32,000 nucleotides of DNA from Thermofilum pendens Hrk 5 (lineage in GTDB: Archaea > Thermoproteota > Thermoprotei > Thermofilales > Thermofilaceae). This document shows, one piece after another, positions 29,277 to 32,000 of the stretch. Position 1 is the stretch's first letter, and each line of letters starts with the position of its first letter. The stretch covers positions 1,560,001-1,592,000 of the forward strand of contig NC_008698.1 in assembly GCF_000015225.1 (NCBI RefSeq), read 5' to 3'. The position numbers and the translations under genes were made by a program. The notes under the pieces were generated by a model. That model did not search any database and had not been told where the DNA came from. It was given only the letters and a program-made list of their open reading frames with translations.

Positions 29277-30737
29277 TTACTCGGCGAGGACCGGGAGGGC
29301 TCGGCCCGTTTTTCCTCCTTTCAGCCTCGTGAAGGAGAAGAGGGCCGCCGAGAGGTTTACCAGCGCGAGGACCCTGAACGTGTAGGCTATCGCGTCGACA
29401 AGGAGCGCCCTGCTGGTAGCGGTGTCCGAGGTCATTAGCTCTGCTCCTACGAGTAGCTGGGTTACCGTCTCGTAGGGGATCCTCGTGGAGATAAGTATTA
29501 CCGCTATGTTCAGGCTTATAGTCATCCCGACGTTGAAGACTATGGCTCTAATAGCCGAGGCGACCCCCCTCCTCTCCGGGGGCACAGAGCTCATTATCGC
29601 GCTCGTGTTCGGCGACAGGAAGAGCCCGTTCCCAGCCCCGAGCAGTGCCGAGTATGCCGCTACGAGCGCCGGGCTTGTGCTCACCGTTAAGCCTCCGAGT
29701 AGAAGCTGTGCGAGGCTACCCACGAGTAGCCCCAGTATGGCGAACTTGACGTAGCCGTACCTGTCGGAGAGCCTTCCGCTCAGCAACCCGAACGCGAGGA
29801 ACGAGAGCTCGAAGGGGAGGAGGCTTATCCCCGTCTCGAAAGCGCTTTTCCGCAGGGCGACCTCGTAGTAGAGCGTTAAGAGCAGCATGACCGCGCCGAA
29901 CGCAACGGCGTTCAGGAACTGGGCTATGTTTCCCCCCGTGAAGCCCCAGATCCTGAACAGGGATAAGTCGAGTATCGGGTGGTCGCTCCTCGCCTCTACG
30001 GCGATGAAGAGGAGGAAGCAGGCTGCGGATACCAGTAGGAGTAGGCGGGCGAAGCTCCTATAGGAGAGACCGTAGGCGTAGAACGTTAAGGCTAGCAGGA
30101 GGCCTAGGAGCGAGACCGTGAAAAGGCAGAAGCCGACCCAGTCTATCAGGGGTTTTTCGCGCGGCGTGTAGGTCTCCCTGAGCCTCTTCCTGGAGAGTAT
30201 TGCCCCGGCTATGCCCACGGGGACGTTGACGTAGAAGATGCCCCTCCAACCTAGAAGGCCTATTATCAGCCCGCTAGCGGTTAAGCCCAGGATTGACCCG
30301 AGGCGGAAGGCTAGAGAGTTTATGCTCAACGCAAAGGCAAGGGGTCCGCCGACGGCGACGTCCGTGATTATAGTCGCGCTTAGAGTTGTGAGAACACCCG
30401 CGCCGAGGCCCTGCAGGAAGCGCGAGGCGGCCAGTTGTAGGGGGGTCGCGGCGGCTCCGGAGAGGATTGACCCCAGGGTGAACAGCAGGAAGCCGTATGC
30501 GTAGAGCTTCACCCTCCCGTAGAGGTCGGCGAGCTTCCCCGCGAGTAGAAGCATGAGCGTGCTTCCAAGCATGTATGCTTGCGTGAACCAGAGCGCTTCC
30601 TCGATGTCCGCTTTGAGGGCTGAGGCTATCACGTCTAGCCCGACGACTACTATGCGCGCGTCGAGGCCTGCCATGAACGCTCCGAGCGTTGTTATCGAAA
30701 GAGCCGTTAGTAGATACTTTTTGTGAGCGGTATCCAC
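29277..30737 (-). CDS. MFS transporter, DHA2 (EmrB/QacA-like, 14-TM) drug:H+ antiporter family
   Basis: 486 aa. GKLADLYGRVKL (MFS motif A), FLQGLGAGVL (motif C-like) and about 14 hydrophobic segments. Confidence 0.8.
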   Translation of the reverse strand: MDTAHKKYLLTALSITTLGAFMAGLDARIVVVGLDVIASALKADIEEALWFTQAYMLGSTLMLLLAGKLADLYGRVKLYAYGFLLFTLGSILSGAAATPLQLAASRFLQGLGAGVLTTLSATIITDVAVGGPLAFALSINSLAFRLGSILGLTASGLIIGLLGWRGIFYVNVPVGIAGAILSRKRLRETYTPREKPLIDWVGFCLFTVSLLGLLLALTFYAYGLSYRSFARLLLLVSAACFLLFIAVEARSDHPILDLSLFRIWGFTGGNIAQFLNAVAFGAVMLLLTLYYEVALRKSAFETGISLLPFELSFLAFGLLSGRLSDRYGYVKFAILGLLVGSLAQLLLGGLTVSTSPALVAAYSALLGAGNGLFLSPNTSAIMSSVPPERRGVASAIRAIVFNVGMTISLNIAVILISTRIPYETVTQLLVGAELMTSDTATSRALLVDAIAYTFRVLALVNLSAALFSFTRLKGGKTGRALPVLAE

Positions 30738-30807
30738 GCCTCCTCCTCTTTCCCTCCGAGCTTAAAAAGATTTATCAGTATTTAGGCGTAATCCCCCGGC
30801 AGGCGCG

Positions 30808-31428
30808 GTGGTACCCTTGAGCGTAGCGCTCGCGGATACTCTCTTCAAGAGCCTGTTCGTAGCCGTACAGCTGTACGCCGTCTTGAACCCCGTCAGCGTT
30901 ATACCGACATTTGTGAACCTGACGGAGGGCCTGGACTCCCGGGAAAAGGTGCACGCGGTTAGGAAAGCCTCGATGATAGTGTTCTCCCTCATGGTCGTCT
31001 TTAGCCTTATCGGCGACCCCCTCCTGAGGCTTCTCAACGTTAGCATTGCCTCTCTACGCCTGGGCGGCGGGGTGCTATTGATGGTCATAGCCGTGGACAT
31101 GCTCTCCGGGATGAGCAGGACGAAGGGGCTTGAAAGCGGCGACGAGGCTCTCGTAGTCCCCATAGCGACCCCCCTACTCGTCGGGCCTGGAACCATAACC
31201 ACGCTCATAGTCCTAAGCGCGTCCGAAGGCCTACCGGTAACCCTCCTCGGAGCACTGCTCGCAACCCTGCTCGTCTACGCCACGCTGGCGTTCGGGGAAA
31301 GCCTCCTGGAGCTCCTAGGGAGAAACTTCGTGAGAAGCCTGGGCAGGTTCATGGCGATAATCATCGCCGGGATAAGCGCCGAGATGATACACAGAGCCCT
31401 CCTCGAGTGGGGTATAGCGACGAGGTAG
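30808..31428 (+). CDS. MarC-family (UPF0056) integral membrane protein
   Basis: GTG start. LFVAVQLYAVLNPVSVIPTFVNLTEGLDSREK matches the MarC N-terminal pattern F..l....NP....P.F..lT. 206 aa with 6 TM. The stop overlaps the hairpin GCCGTG-TCC-CACGGC (31428-31442). Confidence 0.75.
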   Translation: MVPLSVALADTLFKSLFVAVQLYAVLNPVSVIPTFVNLTEGLDSREKVHAVRKASMIVFSLMVVFSLIGDPLLRLLNVSIASLRLGGGVLLMVIAVDMLSGMSRTKGLESGDEALVVPIATPLLVGPGTITTLIVLSASEGLPVTLLGALLATLLVYATLAFGESLLELLGRNFVRSLGRFMAIIIAGISAEMIHRALLEWGIATR

Positions 31429-31694
31429 CCGTGTCCCACGGCTCGAAACGAGGCGTGCCCGCACGCCCGGGTGAGCACAGGAGCCCAGGCGCGGCCAGGG
31501 GAGTAGGAGAGAGCGCGAGCAGTAGCGGTAGGGATCCAGCAGACTACGCTACGTTCGTACGCAAGCTTGTCCTCAGCTTCGATTCACGCGAAAAGCTTAT
31601 TAAGGGGGAGGCGCACTTGCTGGTGCTAGGTGGGTTTGAAGGCATGAGTTGACTACAGGCTTCTAGTAGCGGCGAAAGCGGAGCTTCCGCTGTA

Positions 31695-32000
31695 GTTGTC
31701 CGCCCCGCGAGGCTTAGGGACGTCGACGCGATATTCAGGATACACCTGAGCTCGCTGGAGGGGCTTGACGAGGAGGACTACCAGTGGTTCAAAGCTATGC
31801 TCTCCGTCCGGTCGTCGAGGAGGATAGTTCTCGTGGCGGAGCGGGGATCCGAGGTTCTCGGGTTCGTCATAGCCTACAAGCACAGAGAGCGCGCCTACGT
31901 CGACAGCCTCGCGGTAGACCCCGCGTACAGGGACCTCGGAATAGGAGGAAGGCTACTCTCGGGCCTCGAAGAACTACTCGCGAAGAGAGGAGTCGAAAGG
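31695..32000 (+). CDS. GNAT-family N-acetyltransferase (RimI/Ard1-like), 3' end beyond the window; start unresolved (in-frame TGA upstream)
   Basis: Not in the ORF track because there is no stop in the window. My plus-strand translation is VVRPARLRDVDAIFRIHLSSLEGLDEEDYQWFKAMLSVRSSRRIVLVAERGSEVLGFVIAYKHRERAYVDSLAVDPAYRDLGIGGRLLSGLEELLAKRGVER. This is the classic GNAT pattern (R.A...D...I, V.VAE..g.V.GF, AV.P.YR..GIG..LL). The coordinates cover the homology-supported part only; see the finding about the start. Confidence 0.7.

Noticed and set aside
26772-31208. Alternative-frame ORFs inside the transporter genes (26772-27236, 28657-29073, 28889-29173, 29485-29754, 30058-30504, 30762-31208)
   Set aside because: Each is nested in or antisense to a long ORF with clear multi-TM transporter character. 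Their translations are Arg/Pro/Ser-rich and low-complexity.
31429-31690. Looked for a tRNA, SRP RNA or RNase P RNA in the GC-rich spacer
   Set aside because: No T-arm with complementary stems surrounds the TTCGATT or TTCAAAC candidates. A weak resemblance of GAGCAGUAGCGGUAGGG to SRP helix-8 sequence is not supported by the flanking GGAA/GNAR elements. There is not enough evidence to call an RNA gene.
31407-31883. ORFs 31407-31652 (plus, 81 aa), 31653-31883 (minus, 76 aa) and 31275-31478 (minus, 67 aa)
   Set aside because: The first overlaps the MarC 3' end and is low-complexity; it matters only because it is in frame with the GNAT gene across a TGA (see the finding). The second is antisense to the GNAT domain. 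The third is antisense to MarC.

Overview
The window reads as chromosome from a GC-rich, probably hyperthermophilic archaeon (Thermoprotei/Crenarchaeota-like). Supporting signs are AT-rich TATA-type boxes about 25-30 nt upstream of start codons, frequent GTG/TTG starts, 4-nt start/stop overlaps, an archaeal-type phosphoglycolate phosphatase, a KD(P)G-aldolase-like enzyme, and solute-binding proteins with an N-terminal membrane anchor. I support 31 protein-coding genes and found no rRNA, tRNA, CRISPR array, transposase or integrase. Layout from left to right: (1) hypD on the minus strand, missing from the ORF track because it runs off the left edge. (2) A roughly 9 kb low-G+C island (about 1.2-10.3 kb; hand-counted 60-nt samples give 28-48% G+C versus 63-70% in the flanks). 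It carries a CUT1-type sugar ABC importer without an ATPase, two diverged FGGY sugar kinases, a DHDPS/KD(P)G-aldolase-family enzyme, an HTH_10 regulator, a D-2-hydroxyacid dehydrogenase and, at intermediate G+C, an HpcH/HpaI aldolase. (3) A small group of poorly characterised genes: a ModA/WtpA-like binding-protein fold with no signal peptide, a DsrE-like protein, and a sensor-globin-like protein that appears to lack the heme-ligand His. (4) A GH38 alpha-mannosidase. (5) A small membrane protein, a YjjX-type NTPase, a stand-alone cytoplasmic molybdopterin oxidoreductase and an ACT-like/V4R protein. (6) Phosphoglycolate phosphatase. (7) A five-gene Opp/Dpp-type ABC operon. (8) Four secondary transporters (MFS, APC, MFS-DHA2, MarC). 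(9) A GNAT acetyltransferase whose only plausible start codons are cut off from the domain by an in-frame TGA. The best candidate for something undescribed is the low-G+C island. It combines two kinases, two mechanistically different pyruvate aldolases, a dehydrogenase, a transporter and a regulator in a way that matches no sugar pathway I know, and it has palindromic operator-like sites in its divergent promoters. All functional calls come from reading motifs in the translations by eye; no database search was possible.
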